Shown: positions 32,187 through 42,206, counted from the stretch's first letter. The stretch: 46,078 bases of DNA from an uncultured Lachnospiraceae bacterium (GCA_944380055.1 CALWGN010000323.1:1-46078), one strand, 5' to 3'. Notes: generated by a model from the letters alone, not told the origin. Made by a program: numbers and translations.

Positions 32187-32539
32187 GTCTATTATAGAAA
32201 AGTTGGAATAAGTTAGATATTGAAAGCAAAACAGCCAGCCTTTTGGAGAATATGGCAAACAGACGATGCTAAAAAAGGATGTAGCCTACAAAAGTATAGG
32301 AAAAAACAATAAAGTTTGGTCGGTTATGTGCTGTAATGATATTATTGTTAATATCTAAAATAAAATTTTTGTATAAAATAATAAATTAAATAAAAAATAA
32401 TTTATAAATTATAGTAAAAACGTATAAAATCAAATTGATATTAAATATAAAATATGTTACTATTGTATTATATAAAAATAAGTATTTACAAAATATGAGG
32501 GTAGTCAATGCCCAAAACAACACAAAGGAGGTTTATTAG

Positions 32540-33598
32540 ATGAGAGGATTTGCCATGAAAAAAATAGGAGAAATTGGTTGGGTGGAAAAGGATATTCCAG
32601 AAATTGGACCAAATGACGCATTGGTTCGTCCAACCGCCATTTCTCCATGTACATCAGATGTACATACTGTATGGTCAGGAGCTATCGGAGAACGTACAGA
32701 CATGATTTTAGGTCATGAAGCAGTAGGTGTTGTAGAAGCAGTAGGAGAGCTGGTAAAAGATTTCAAGCCAGGAGACAGAGTAGTAGTTCCAGCGATTACA
32801 CCAGATTGGAACTCTCTAGAAGCTCAAGGTGGTTATTCTATGCATTCAGGTGGTATGTTAGCTGGATGGAAGTTTTCAAACTTTAAAGATGGTGTATTTG
32901 CAGAGCTATTTCACGTAAATGATGCAGATGGAAATATGGCACATTTGCCAGAATCCATCGATGATGCCACTGGAGTAATGTTATGTGATATGATGCCAAC
33001 AGGGTTGCATGGAGTAGAGCTTGCAGATGTTCAATTTGGAGATAAAGTATTAGTTATTGGAATTGGACCAGTTGGTCTTATGTCAGTAGCAGGTGCTGCA
33101 ATTCGTGGTGCTTCTGAAATTTATGCAGTTGGTAGTAGACCAAATTGTATTGAAATTGCAAAAGAATATGGAGCAACTCACATTATCAATTATAGAAATG
33201 GTTCTATTGAAGATCAAGTAATGGAACTAACAGGTGGAAAAGGTGTAGATAAAGTTGTTATTGCAGGCGGAGATGTAGATACATTTGCAACTGCAATTAA
33301 AGTACTAAAACCAGGTGGAAAAATTGGTAATGTAAATTACATTGGCGAAGGTGACTATATTAAGATTCCTCGTGTAGAATGGGGATGTGGTATGGCACAT
33401 AAGCAAATTGCAGCAGGATTAATGCCAGGTGGACGACTTAGAATGGAAAAGTTAATTTCTCTTATTGAAACAGGTCGTATTGATCCATCTAAATTAATTA
33501 CCCATCGTTTTGAAGGATTTGATAAAGTAGAAGAAGCATTGTTAATGATGAAGGATAAGCCAAAGGATTTAATTAAGCCAGTAGTAATTATAAAATAA
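32540..33598 (+). CDS. adh: NADP-dependent secondary (isopropanol) alcohol dehydrogenase, Zn-dependent MDR family
   Basis: PCTSDVHTV, GHEAVG, GWKFSN, DMMPTG, GIGPVG, GSR NADP motif and KDLIKPVV, as in the Clostridium beijerinckii/Thermoanaerobacter brockii enzymes. Confidence 0.92.
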   Translation: MRGFAMKKIGEIGWVEKDIPEIGPNDALVRPTAISPCTSDVHTVWSGAIGERTDMILGHEAVGVVEAVGELVKDFKPGDRVVVPAITPDWNSLEAQGGYSMHSGGMLAGWKFSNFKDGVFAELFHVNDADGNMAHLPESIDDATGVMLCDMMPTGLHGVELADVQFGDKVLVIGIGPVGLMSVAGAAIRGASEIYAVGSRPNCIEIAKEYGATHIINYRNGSIEDQVMELTGGKGVDKVVIAGGDVDTFATAIKVLKPGGKIGNVNYIGEGDYIKIPRVEWGCGMAHKQIAAGLMPGGRLRMEKLISLIETGRIDPSKLITHRFEGFDKVEEALLMMKDKPKDLIKPVVIIK

Positions 33599-33615
33599 GT
33601 AATAAAATATACAAG

Positions 33616-33663
33616 TATGTAAACATATAAATATGTAAACATATAAATATGTAAGCATATAGA
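33616..33663. repeat. 16-bp tandem repeat x3, TATGTAAACATATAAA
   Basis: Read directly; the third copy has two mismatches. Confidence 0.8.
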
Positions 33664-33675
33664 TTTATATATTAG

Positions 33676-33723
33676 AAAGGCATTTAGTATTTATACAAAT
33701 GGTGTAAATATTAGGTGCCTTTT
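33676..33723 (+). terminator. Intrinsic terminator after adh
   Basis: AAAGGCATTTAGTATTTATAC...GTGTAAATATTAGGTGCCTTTT. Confidence 0.8.
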
Positions 33724-34094
33724 ATTGTATAGTAAAAAAATAAACCACCTACGTATGCAAGTCTTAGATATAAGTATTTTGTGTTAGAAGATAAGTGGGT
33801 ATGCAAGCCACAAATATATAACATAGAAGGTCTAAAGACTGGGCAATAATAGTTTAGTGTATACAAAGTGGGAATACAAGTGCTATATTGTGTATAGCAA
33901 ACACATGAAAGTTTTAATTAATTGTGTTTTTAAAGGTAGTATGTTATAGTAAATATAAAGTATTTACAGTAAGAAGAATTTACAATTTTATATTATGAGA
34001 AACACACTAGTAGCTATAATATAGTGTATATGTACTACCGTTTAAAATGATAAATACTAATTTGGTAGTAATATACTTCGAATGAGGAATACAT

Positions 34095-35090
34095 ATGTCA
34101 AATAGAATAAATAAACCAAAGCAAACGGCTAAACAATTAATATTAAAAATGAAAGAAAAAGGAATTACTTTTAAATATATTACAGAAGAAGAAGCGGCGG
34201 AATATCTTACTGATAGAAATAATTATTTGAGAACTGCTGCCTATCGCAAAAATTATCAGAAGCATACAAAAGGCAAAAATATTGGAAAGTATATAAGCCT
34301 TGATTTTTCATTTCTTCAGGAGATGTCTACAATTGATATGCATTTTAGATTTATTGTTTCCAAAATGTGTCTGGATATTGAACATGCCCTTAAAGTGCAA
34401 GTATTAAAAGATATTGAAAATGATTCATCTACTAATGGATATGATATTGTAAAGACATTCTTAGAAAAAAATACTTATATTATTAGTAAGTTAGAAGCTA
34501 CGAGTTCCTCTCCCTTCACTAGTGACTTGATTTGTAAGTATTTTACAATTAAAAAAGTAGACAATGTGGAAAAATGTAGAAAAGAGAATAAAATAGTGTT
34601 TTATGACGATTGTCCTGCCTGGGTTTTACTGGAGATGCTCACGTTTGGTGATTTTATAAAATTTTATGATTTTTACTATTCAGCAAAAGAACAACGAAAG
34701 GTATCTTCTTCAGTTATAAATCTTGTGAAGAGTTTAAGAAATGGAGTTGCTCATAATAATTGCATTTTGGCTGACTTAGCTCACGGAACATCTAATGCAC
34801 CTGGTGAAATTAAGAATATTATTGGAAAGATACAATCCGTAAATAGTAAGCAAAGGAAGAAAAAACTGTCTTGTCGGCCTATGCTAGAATTTGTTGCATT
34901 ACTATATACATATGATTTAGTAGTATCAGATAAAGTTAAATATTATAGAATTAAAGAGCTGAAAATGTTATTTTTTACTCGTATGCGTCAAAAGAAAGGC
35001 TTTTTTAAAAATAACGAGCTAATTAAAAGTAATTATGAATTTGCTTGTAAGGTTATAGATGCTATATATAAAGGAAAAAAATACATTTAA
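34095..35090 (+). CDS. Abi family (AbiD/AbiF, Abi_2) HEPN ribonuclease toxin
   Basis: KEKGITF, NNYLRTAAYR, DMHFRFIV...DIEHALK, PAWVLLEMLTFG and HEPN R-x4-H motif RNGVAH. Confidence 0.88.
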   Translation: MSNRINKPKQTAKQLILKMKEKGITFKYITEEEAAEYLTDRNNYLRTAAYRKNYQKHTKGKNIGKYISLDFSFLQEMSTIDMHFRFIVSKMCLDIEHALKVQVLKDIENDSSTNGYDIVKTFLEKNTYIISKLEATSSSPFTSDLICKYFTIKKVDNVEKCRKENKIVFYDDCPAWVLLEMLTFGDFIKFYDFYYSAKEQRKVSSSVINLVKSLRNGVAHNNCILADLAHGTSNAPGEIKNIIGKIQSVNSKQRKKKLSCRPMLEFVALLYTYDLVVSDKVKYYRIKELKMLFFTRMRQKKGFFKNNELIKSNYEFACKVIDAIYKGKKYI

Positions 35091-35107
35091 TTTTTTATGA
35101 AAATCTA

Positions 35108-35136
35108 TTGACATTTCTGTTGTGGATGCATATAAT
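35108..35136 (+). promoter_or_regulatory. Perfect consensus sigma-A promoter downstream of the abi gene
   Basis: TTGACA (35108-35113), 17 bp, TATAAT (35131-35136). Confidence 0.85.
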
Positions 35137-35142
35137 TCTATT

Positions 35143-35206
35143 AGAATCATAAAAACATATTGAGTTTTTGTAAGAACGGCGTTGCGACGGCGTTCTATTT
35201 TTTATT
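35143..35206 (+). ncRNA. Candidate AbiF RNA antitoxin (about 60 nt, two hairpins)
   Basis: Hairpin ATAAAAAC/GTTTTTGT, then a GC-rich hairpin AGAACG-G-CGT-TGCG-ACG-G-CGTTCT and a T-run. No ORF. Confidence 0.6.
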
Positions 35207-35240
35207 TATAATGATTTTGTAAATAAATAATATAATCAGG

Positions 35241-35287
35241 GCTTGAAAATCTATACAAGTATTAGATTTTCAAGCTTAATTTTTTTT
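35241..35287 (+). terminator. Intrinsic terminator between the abi module and gatC
   Basis: GCTTGAAAATCTA...TAGATTTTCAAGC followed by a T-run. Confidence 0.75.
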
Positions 35288-35497
35288 ATCTAGAAAAAAT
35301 AAGCTACTTGCTATAAGATAAAGAAAAGTTATTCTTATTACCCAAAATTAATTGCTCTTTCTTAAAGTAAAATATCTGATATAATTGAAGATAGTATGGA
35401 AAAGAAAAACAATGAAAACAAAAAATAGTAGTTATAAGTGTTACATTTTCGTATGTAAATAGATAAAGATAATAATAAGTAAGGGAGAATGTATTGA

Positions 35498-35833
35498 ATG
35501 GAAATAACAGAGGAAATGTTAAATCATATGATATTGCTATCAAATCTTCAATTATCCAGTGAGGAAAAAAAACAGGCAAAAAAAGATATGGAACAAATGA
35601 TAAAATATGTTAGTGCATTAGAGGATGTTGATAATATTAATGAGGTTAATATAGAAGATGATGCTAACAGCATTAATGATAGTATGGATAATAGCAAAAT
35701 AGTCAATGTTTTTCGAGAAGATACCACTATTTGTTATAATCAGACTAGCTTAGAAGGACATAGAGAACAGATACTTTTTAATGCACCTAAAAGAAAAGAA
35801 AATGGATTTGTTGTACCAAAAACAATAGATTAG
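35498..35833 (+). CDS. gatC: Asp/Glu-tRNA amidotransferase subunit C
   Basis: LSNLQLS.EE, NVFRED and NAP...GFVVPK; precedes gatA. Confidence 0.88.
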   Translation: MEITEEMLNHMILLSNLQLSSEEKKQAKKDMEQMIKYVSALEDVDNINEVNIEDDANSINDSMDNSKIVNVFREDTTICYNQTSLEGHREQILFNAPKRKENGFVVPKTID

Positions 35834-35844
35834 AGGTGTAAAGA

Positions 35845-37326
35845 ATGAACGATATAGATATAACAGCATTAGAATTAAGTAAAAAAATAAAAAATAAAGA
35901 ACTTACGGTAAGGCAAGTAGTGGAAAGTGTATTAGAAAGAATAAATGAAATAGAAGACCAGATTCAAAGTTTTTTATTTATTAGAGACAAAGAAGAACTG
36001 CTTTTAGAGGCAGATAACATTCAAGAAAAAATTAATAGTGGAGAGTTATGTGGAGTCTTAGCAGGAGTTCCTATTGCAATTAAAGATAACATTTGTACAA
36101 AAGGAATAAAAACAACTTGTGCATCTAAAATATTAGAAAATTTTATACCTATATATGATGCTACCGTTATTAAGAAAATAAAAGAAGCTGGAATGATTAT
36201 TATAGGGAAAACCAATATGGACGAGTTTGCAATGGGAACTACAACAAAAACTTCTGCCTTTCAAGTAACGAAAAATCCAAGAAATAAAAAATATACACCA
36301 GGAGGATCTTCTGGAGGTTCTGCAGCTGCAGTAGCATCTAAAATAGTTCCACTTTCTATTGGTAGTGATACAGGAGGCTCCATTCGACAACCAGCAGCAT
36401 TTTGTGGAATTACAGGGATGAAGCCAACCTATGGATTAGTATCAAGAAATGGGTTAATTGCTTATGCTTCTTCCTTTGACCAAATTGGTCCAATGGGGAA
36501 TAATGTATCCGATTGTGCTGCATTATTAGAGGTGATGTCTTCTTATGATGAAAAAGATGCTACATCAAGAAAAATAAATGATTATCAATTTACAAAAGGG
36601 TTAATTGAAAATATAGCAGGAATGAACATAGGAATATTGCAAAATGATTTTGATAATACGCTAGAAAATACAATTAAGAAGGCTCTGATTCATTCCAAAG
36701 AAATGTTAGAGCAATTAGGAGCTAATGTTTCTTATGTATCTCTTCCATTTACACTAGAGCAAGCTCTTTCTACCTATTATATTTTAGCTTGTGCAGAGGC
36801 AAGTTCTAATTTAGAACGATACGATGGAGTAAAGTATGGATTTCGAGCCAAAGATTACAATAACTTACAACAAATGTATCAACAAACAAGAACACAAGGG
36901 TTTGGAATAGAAGTAAAACGAAGAATTATGCTAGGGACCTTTACGTTAAGCTCTGGTTATTATGAAGATTACTATAAGAAAGCATTAAAAGTGAGAAATA
37001 AAATAAAGAATCAGTTAGCTCAAATATTTGAACAATATGATGTATTGTTAATGCCAACAGCACCAGTAACTGGCATTAAATTAGAAGAATGTAATGATAA
37101 TAACCCTACAAAACATTACTTTTCTGATGGATATACAGTCATTGCCAATTTAGCAGGGCTTCCAGCAATTAGTGTTCCTTATGGGTACGATAATAATGGA
37201 TTACCAATAGGAGTACAATTTGTTGGAAATTGTTGTGAAGATAAAAAAGTGATACAAGCAGCATATACCTATGAACAGAAAATAAAAGGACAGCAATTAA
37301 AACAAAATATAAATAGTAAACGATAA
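35845..37326 (+). CDS. gatA: Asp/Glu-tRNA amidotransferase subunit A
   Basis: Amidase signature KDNI, GKTNMDEFAMG, PGGSSGGS and GSDTGGSIRQP; SSNLERYDG. Confidence 0.95.
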   Translation: MNDIDITALELSKKIKNKELTVRQVVESVLERINEIEDQIQSFLFIRDKEELLLEADNIQEKINSGELCGVLAGVPIAIKDNICTKGIKTTCASKILENFIPIYDATVIKKIKEAGMIIIGKTNMDEFAMGTTTKTSAFQVTKNPRNKKYTPGGSSGGSAAAVASKIVPLSIGSDTGGSIRQPAAFCGITGMKPTYGLVSRNGLIAYASSFDQIGPMGNNVSDCAALLEVMSSYDEKDATSRKINDYQFTKGLIENIAGMNIGILQNDFDNTLENTIKKALIHSKEMLEQLGANVSYVSLPFTLEQALSTYYILACAEASSNLERYDGVKYGFRAKDYNNLQQMYQQTRTQGFGIEVKRRIMLGTFTLSSGYYEDYYKKALKVRNKIKNQLAQIFEQYDVLLMPTAPVTGIKLEECNDNNPTKHYFSDGYTVIANLAGLPAISVPYGYDNNGLPIGVQFVGNCCEDKKVIQAAYTYEQKIKGQQLKQNINSKR

Positions 37327-37429
37327 AGAATAAAGGATAAACAATAGAAAATGAATAATACCTAATGAATACTAAATGAATAGAAACAGTTATAGGAGAA
37401 ATCATTTCTATAACTTAGAAAGGAGTGTA

Positions 37430-38887
37430 ATGGAAAATAAAAAAACTCAATATGAAACAGTCATTGGATTGGAAGTACATATCGAATTATGTACAAAAAC
37501 AAAAATATTTTGTAGTTGCAGCACAGCCTTTGGAAGTGAAGTCAATGTAAATACTTGCCCAGTTTGTACTGGTATGCCAGGAAGTTTACCTGTGTTAAAT
37601 AAAAAAGTAGTTGATTATGCAATTGCAGTAGGTTTGGCATTAAACTGCAATATTACAAAGGTTACTACTTTTGATAGAAAAAACTATTTTTATCCAGATA
37701 ATCCACAAGGCTATCAAATTTCTCAACTATATCATCCTATTTGTACCAATGGATATGTAACCATACAGACAGATAGTGGAGAAAGGAAAATAGGTATTCA
37801 TGAGCTTCATATGGAAGAAGATGCAGGAAAGCTAATTCATGACGAAGAATGTAATTGTACTTATATTGATTTTAATCGCAGTGGAGTTCCACTGATTGAA
37901 ATAGTAACAGAACCTCATATGAGTAGTGGGGACGAGGTGATTAAATTTTTAGAAAAGCTTCGATGTAGGATTCAATATTTAGAAGTATCTGATTGTAAAT
38001 TGCAAGAAGGCTCTATGCGTGTAGATGTAAATGTATCGGTTAGAAAAAAGGGAGATATAAAGCTAGGTACTAGAACCGAAATGAAAAATTTGAATTCTTT
38101 CCGAGCCATTACTCGTGCTATTGACCACGAAACAAAGAGGCAGATAGAGTTAATAGAAAAAGGTGACCAAGTACAGCAAGAAACGAGACGATGGGATGAT
38201 GGAAAAGGAACTTCTTATGTAATGCGTTCCAAAGAAGATGCAAAAGATTACAGATATTTTCCAGAACCAGACTTGCCACCAGTGGTTATTTCTAATGATT
38301 GGATTAACGCTATTAGAGAAAATCAGCCGGAGTTTCGAGAGGAAAAAATAGATAGATATCAAAAACAATATAATCTTCCAGAATATGATTCTAGGCTTTT
38401 GACGGAAAGTAAGCAGATGGCACAATGTTTTGAACAAACTACCTTACTTTGCAACAGACCTAAAGAAGTGGCTAACTGGCTTATGGTAGAAACAATGGGG
38501 CTATTAAAAGATAGAGGAAATGATAGTGGAAAAATTCCTTTTTCTCCAAAACAGTTAGCCGATTTAATTGTTATGATAGATAAAAATATAATTAATCGAA
38601 CGGTTGCAAAAGAAGTATTTGAAAGAATATTTTATGATGGAGTGGAGCCAGTTTCATATGTAAAAGAACATGGTTTAGCAATGGTACAAGATGATGATAG
38701 CATTCGACTTGCAGTAGAGCAAGTAATAAAGGAAAATAGTCAGTCAGTAGAGGATTATATGGCGGGAAAAACTCGTGCTATGGGATTTTTAGTTGGTCAG
38801 ACCATGAAAGCAATGAAAGGGAAAGCAGACCCGAAAAAAGTAAATCAATTAGTAGAGGCTTATTTAAAAACGTTAACTAATATATAA
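37430..38887 (+). CDS. gatB: Asp/Glu-tRNA amidotransferase subunit B
   Basis: IGLEVH, RKNYFYPD, HMEEDAGK, DFNRSGVPLIE and YRYFPEPDLP. ATG 37430 follows AAGGAG. Confidence 0.95.
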   Translation: MENKKTQYETVIGLEVHIELCTKTKIFCSCSTAFGSEVNVNTCPVCTGMPGSLPVLNKKVVDYAIAVGLALNCNITKVTTFDRKNYFYPDNPQGYQISQLYHPICTNGYVTIQTDSGERKIGIHELHMEEDAGKLIHDEECNCTYIDFNRSGVPLIEIVTEPHMSSGDEVIKFLEKLRCRIQYLEVSDCKLQEGSMRVDVNVSVRKKGDIKLGTRTEMKNLNSFRAITRAIDHETKRQIELIEKGDQVQQETRRWDDGKGTSYVMRSKEDAKDYRYFPEPDLPPVVISNDWINAIRENQPEFREEKIDRYQKQYNLPEYDSRLLTESKQMAQCFEQTTLLCNRPKEVANWLMVETMGLLKDRGNDSGKIPFSPKQLADLIVMIDKNIINRTVAKEVFERIFYDGVEPVSYVKEHGLAMVQDDDSIRLAVEQVIKENSQSVEDYMAGKTRAMGFLVGQTMKAMKGKADPKKVNQLVEAYLKTLTNI

Positions 38888-38893
38888 AAGTGC

Positions 38894-38920
38894 AAATGTA
38901 TAAATGTATAAATGTATAAA
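38894..38920. repeat. 8-bp tandem repeat x3, AAATGTAT
   Basis: Read directly after the gatB stop. Confidence 0.7.
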
Positions 38921-39080
38921 CATGAAATCATGTAAAAATATAAAAATACAAATATACAATATATAATAGAAAAAATTATAGAAGTACTACTAAAATAATG
39001 TTTATCTTTAGTAGGTTTAAGCCCCAAATTGTTTAGAATGTAAATAATATTTATAAAATAATAGAAAGGAATGATAAAAT

Positions 39081-39626
39081 ATGAGTAAAGTATACGCGTT
39101 TTTAGCAAATGGAATGGAAGAGGTAGAATGTTTGACTGTTGTAGATTTATTACGCAGAGGTAATGTAGAAGTTACGATGGTGTCTATTACAGGAACAAAG
39201 GAAGTAGTAGGAAGCCATAACATTAAAATTGTGGCAGATGCTTGTATAGAAGACATTAAGATAGACGATGCAGATTTATTATTTTTACCAGGAGGAATGC
39301 CAGGAACTCTTAATTTAAAAAATCATAAAGGATTGGCTGATGTGTTAAAAAAACAAGTGGAATTAGGAAAAAAGGTAAGCGCTATGTGTGCAGCCCCATC
39401 TGTTCTTGGAAATTTAAATCTGCTAAATGGAAAACGTGCAACCTGTTATCCAGGATTTGAAAAAGAGTTATTAGGAGCAGATTATGTAACCGATGGTGTA
39501 GTAAAAGATGGAAACGTAATTACAGCAAGAGGTATGGGATATGCCATTGATTTAGGAATTACTTTAATTGGTGTATTAGAGGGAGAAGAAATGGCTAAGA
39601 AAGTAAAAGATAGTATATTTGCATAA
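39081..39626 (+). CDS. DJ-1/PfpI family protein (YajL/ThiJ-like)
   Basis: GMEEVE, LPGGMPG, AMCAAP nucleophile Cys and ATCYPG. Confidence 0.92.
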   Translation: MSKVYAFLANGMEEVECLTVVDLLRRGNVEVTMVSITGTKEVVGSHNIKIVADACIEDIKIDDADLLFLPGGMPGTLNLKNHKGLADVLKKQVELGKKVSAMCAAPSVLGNLNLLNGKRATCYPGFEKELLGADYVTDGVVKDGNVITARGMGYAIDLGITLIGVLEGEEMAKKVKDSIFA

Positions 39627-39638
39627 ATAGTAAAAAGA

Positions 39639-39681
39639 TTGGGGTGCCAAAAGAACATGTAAAATTCTTTTGACACCTCAA
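39639..39681 (+). terminator. Hairpin terminator after the DJ-1 gene
   Basis: TTGGGGTGCCAAAAGAA...TTCTTTTGACACCTCAA. Confidence 0.65.
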
Positions 39682-39819
39682 ATTTTAATAATATTAGGCA
39701 TTAAAAAGTGTACTAAGAAAAAAATTAAAAAAAGATGAAATGAACTCTGTTTTTTTACGTCTATATAGGTGAAAGGGTTGTTACAATGAGGAGGGAAAAA
39801 AAGAAAGGGGGATTAGGGT

Positions 39820-40380
39820 ATGAATGATAACAAAATTATTGACCTTTACTGGCAGCGGTCTGAGTCTGCAATTTTAGAAACTGACAAAAAGTATGGTCGC
39901 TACTGTCATACGATAGCATATAACATTTTATATAATGATGAGGATGCAGAGGAATGTGTAAATGACACATATATGAGAACTTGGAAATCTATTCCTCCAC
40001 AACGTCCAGAATGTCTGTCAGCATTTCTTGGGAAAATTACTAGAAATCTTTCCATTGATAGATACAGAAAAAGTGAGAGGCAAAAACGTAGTGGAATACA
40101 AGTTGAATTAGTCCTTTCAGAGCTTGAAGACTGTATTTATTCTAAAAATGGTATAGAGGAAATGATGAAAGAAAAGTTTTTAGTACAGTGTATCAATCAA
40201 TTCCTTTATAGATTACCAGAAAAGAAACGAAATATTTTTATTCGTCGGTATTGGTATTTGTATCCAATTGCTCAGATTGCAAAACAATATAGTATGAGTG
40301 AAAATAAAGTTACTCTAATGTTGTTTCGTATGAGAAAAGACTTAAAATTCTATCTTGAAGAGGAGGGGATTACACTGTGA
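39820..40380 (+). CDS. ECF RNA polymerase sigma factor
   Basis: Region 2 (DAEECVND, KITRNLSID) and region 4 (FIRRYW...IAQIA...LFRMRKDL). Confidence 0.92.
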   Translation: MNDNKIIDLYWQRSESAILETDKKYGRYCHTIAYNILYNDEDAEECVNDTYMRTWKSIPPQRPECLSAFLGKITRNLSIDRYRKSERQKRSGIQVELVLSELEDCIYSKNGIEEMMKEKFLVQCINQFLYRLPEKKRNIFIRRYWYLYPIAQIAKQYSMSENKVTLMLFRMRKDLKFYLEEEGITL

Positions 40381-41387
40381 AAAAGAAAAATGAAAAACTT
40401 CTTTATGCAATTGGAGAAATTGATGATGAGCTTATAAAAAATGCACAACCTTGCCAAAAACCTGCAAATGGTGTAGCTAGAAAATGGGGAATAACAGTAG
40501 CTTGTTTATGTTTAGTAACAGGTGTCAGTATATTAAGTATGAAACTGTCAGAACCACAAAACCAACCAAACATTATACATTCAGATAGGGAAAATCAGAC
40601 AGAGGATACGTTTTTAGATAATGGACAGCAGTCTGATGGGATAAGCCAAGAGGTGAGTACAGTAGATGAAAATAAGCATGATTTTATAGCAGAATCACAA
40701 AATATATCTAATACAGAAGTCCAATATTTGAAACGAGTTTCTATAAACGGAAAAATCGCAGAATATCATCAAGTGTTAGAAAATGACAAGATAAATCTTT
40801 TAGACAATGGGATTGGTAAACCTTTAGAGAATACAGAAGACTGGTATAGGATATCTGGTTATGATCAGTTACAGTACATAATACAAAAAGAAGGTGATAC
40901 CTTAACGTTGTGGCAATTTTCGTCATTTTTAGTGAATAACGATGATACTAATATTACTACATACAGTTATGGTACAGTGTTACAAGAAATTTATGGGGTG
41001 ACATCTGCACAGGATATTGTTAGCGTCACTGTTACACCTGCTAATATGAACAATACAGATGAAGGAAAAGCGTTGCAACAAGAAATTGGTACAATGACTA
41101 TTACGAATAAAAAGGACATTGAAACTTTATACAATACCCTTTCTACTATAACCTGTTATGGGGCTAATAAATGGAATATGATTGGAATAGGAGATGATAC
41201 TAATAGTTTAGAGGAAGTTTATAAGGGGCGCTATTTAACATTTACACTGAAAAATGGTATGCAAATTGACAGTTTAAAATATACAGCAATTTCTAGTAGG
41301 TTCTATGAATATGATGGAATTGTCTATGATAAGTTAGAGGAAAGTGTAGCCACACAGATTGAAAAGATTCTAGGTATAACAGAATAA
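40377..41387 (+). CDS. Putative membrane anti-sigma factor
   Basis: 4-bp overlap with the sigma gene, N-terminal LLYAIGEIDDELI, a single TM helix and a large extracellular domain. Confidence 0.7.
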   Translation: MKKKNEKLLYAIGEIDDELIKNAQPCQKPANGVARKWGITVACLCLVTGVSILSMKLSEPQNQPNIIHSDRENQTEDTFLDNGQQSDGISQEVSTVDENKHDFIAESQNISNTEVQYLKRVSINGKIAEYHQVLENDKINLLDNGIGKPLENTEDWYRISGYDQLQYIIQKEGDTLTLWQFSSFLVNNDDTNITTYSYGTVLQEIYGVTSAQDIVSVTVTPANMNNTDEGKALQQEIGTMTITNKKDIETLYNTLSTITCYGANKWNMIGIGDDTNSLEEVYKGRYLTFTLKNGMQIDSLKYTAISSRFYEYDGIVYDKLEESVATQIEKILGITE

Positions 41388-41407
41388 AAATAATATAGAA
41401 AGGTGGG

Positions 41408-41953
41408 ATGTTTATGAAAAAACAAATAGTTACTTTATTAATTGGTATGTTTTTATTTTCCCTAGTTTCTATGCTATCTAGCTGTAATATGTCCAATAGC
41501 AATAATAAAGAAGAAAAAACTCAAACACAGATAGCACAAATAGAGACTGAACTTACAAGCCAAGTATTCACAGAAATTACTACCACAAACGAGTATAGCA
41601 CTAATGATATTTCAAGTAAGATTTCTATATCAATAAATCCTAGTGTTATGACGAAAAACTCTATGAATAACGTTACGGTTACCATTCGTAATAAATCAGA
41701 GGAAGAGGTTACAGTTATCCATGATTTTGATTTACTGAAAAAAACAGAAACTGGATGGGTAGATGTTGTATTTGAGTATCCATTTTATGATTTGCTTACA
41801 GTTATTTCTCCTGATGATAATGGAACATTCACTTATGATTTTAGCCAGATGCTATCTTCAGATGAGAATGCCACTTATCAAATAGTATACAATGTCTCAA
41901 GTCAAGGAAAATCGTATAAAGTAACTGCAGACTTTGAATTTACGATGGATTAG
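41408..41953 (+). CDS. Putative lipoprotein with an Ig-like C-terminal domain
   Basis: Signal peptide with LSSC lipobox, T/S-rich linker and beta-rich C-terminus. Confidence 0.65.
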   Translation: MFMKKQIVTLLIGMFLFSLVSMLSSCNMSNSNNKEEKTQTQIAQIETELTSQVFTEITTTNEYSTNDISSKISISINPSVMTKNSMNNVTVTIRNKSEEEVTVIHDFDLLKKTETGWVDVVFEYPFYDLLTVISPDDNGTFTYDFSQMLSSDENATYQIVYNVSSQGKSYKVTADFEFTMD

Positions 41954-42206
41954 AGATATTACAATACGGCATTAATATTTGCTATGAAATTGATAAAAAG
42001 CACGATAGCATTTTCTTTTTAGGATTTATGCAGTAGTGCTTTCTATTTACTTATATAGTTTATAGATATCTTATTTAGTATAATACTTAAAAAATAAACC
42101 AATATATTTGTATGATAAGAATTTGTATAGGAAATAAAAACTAAGTAAAATTGTAATAAAAATATAGGTTTTTCACAAATTTTCTCTAGTATTTTGAAAA
42201 GGCTTG

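Noticed and set aside
32220-32340. Possible c-di-GMP-I riboswitch upstream of adh (GGCAAAC and CAGCCAG words)
   Set aside because: The elements are in the wrong order, with no GNRA/receptor pair or linked terminator.
32345-32362. Possible Rex operator TTGTTAATATCTAAAATA upstream of adh
   Set aside because: The right half-site matches poorly and the background is extremely AT-rich.
32088-35497. CRISPR array or cas6/cas1/cas2 downstream of the Cmr operon
   Set aside because: The intergenic stretches show no repeat-spacer periodicity, and the ORFs are an alcohol dehydrogenase and an Abi protein.
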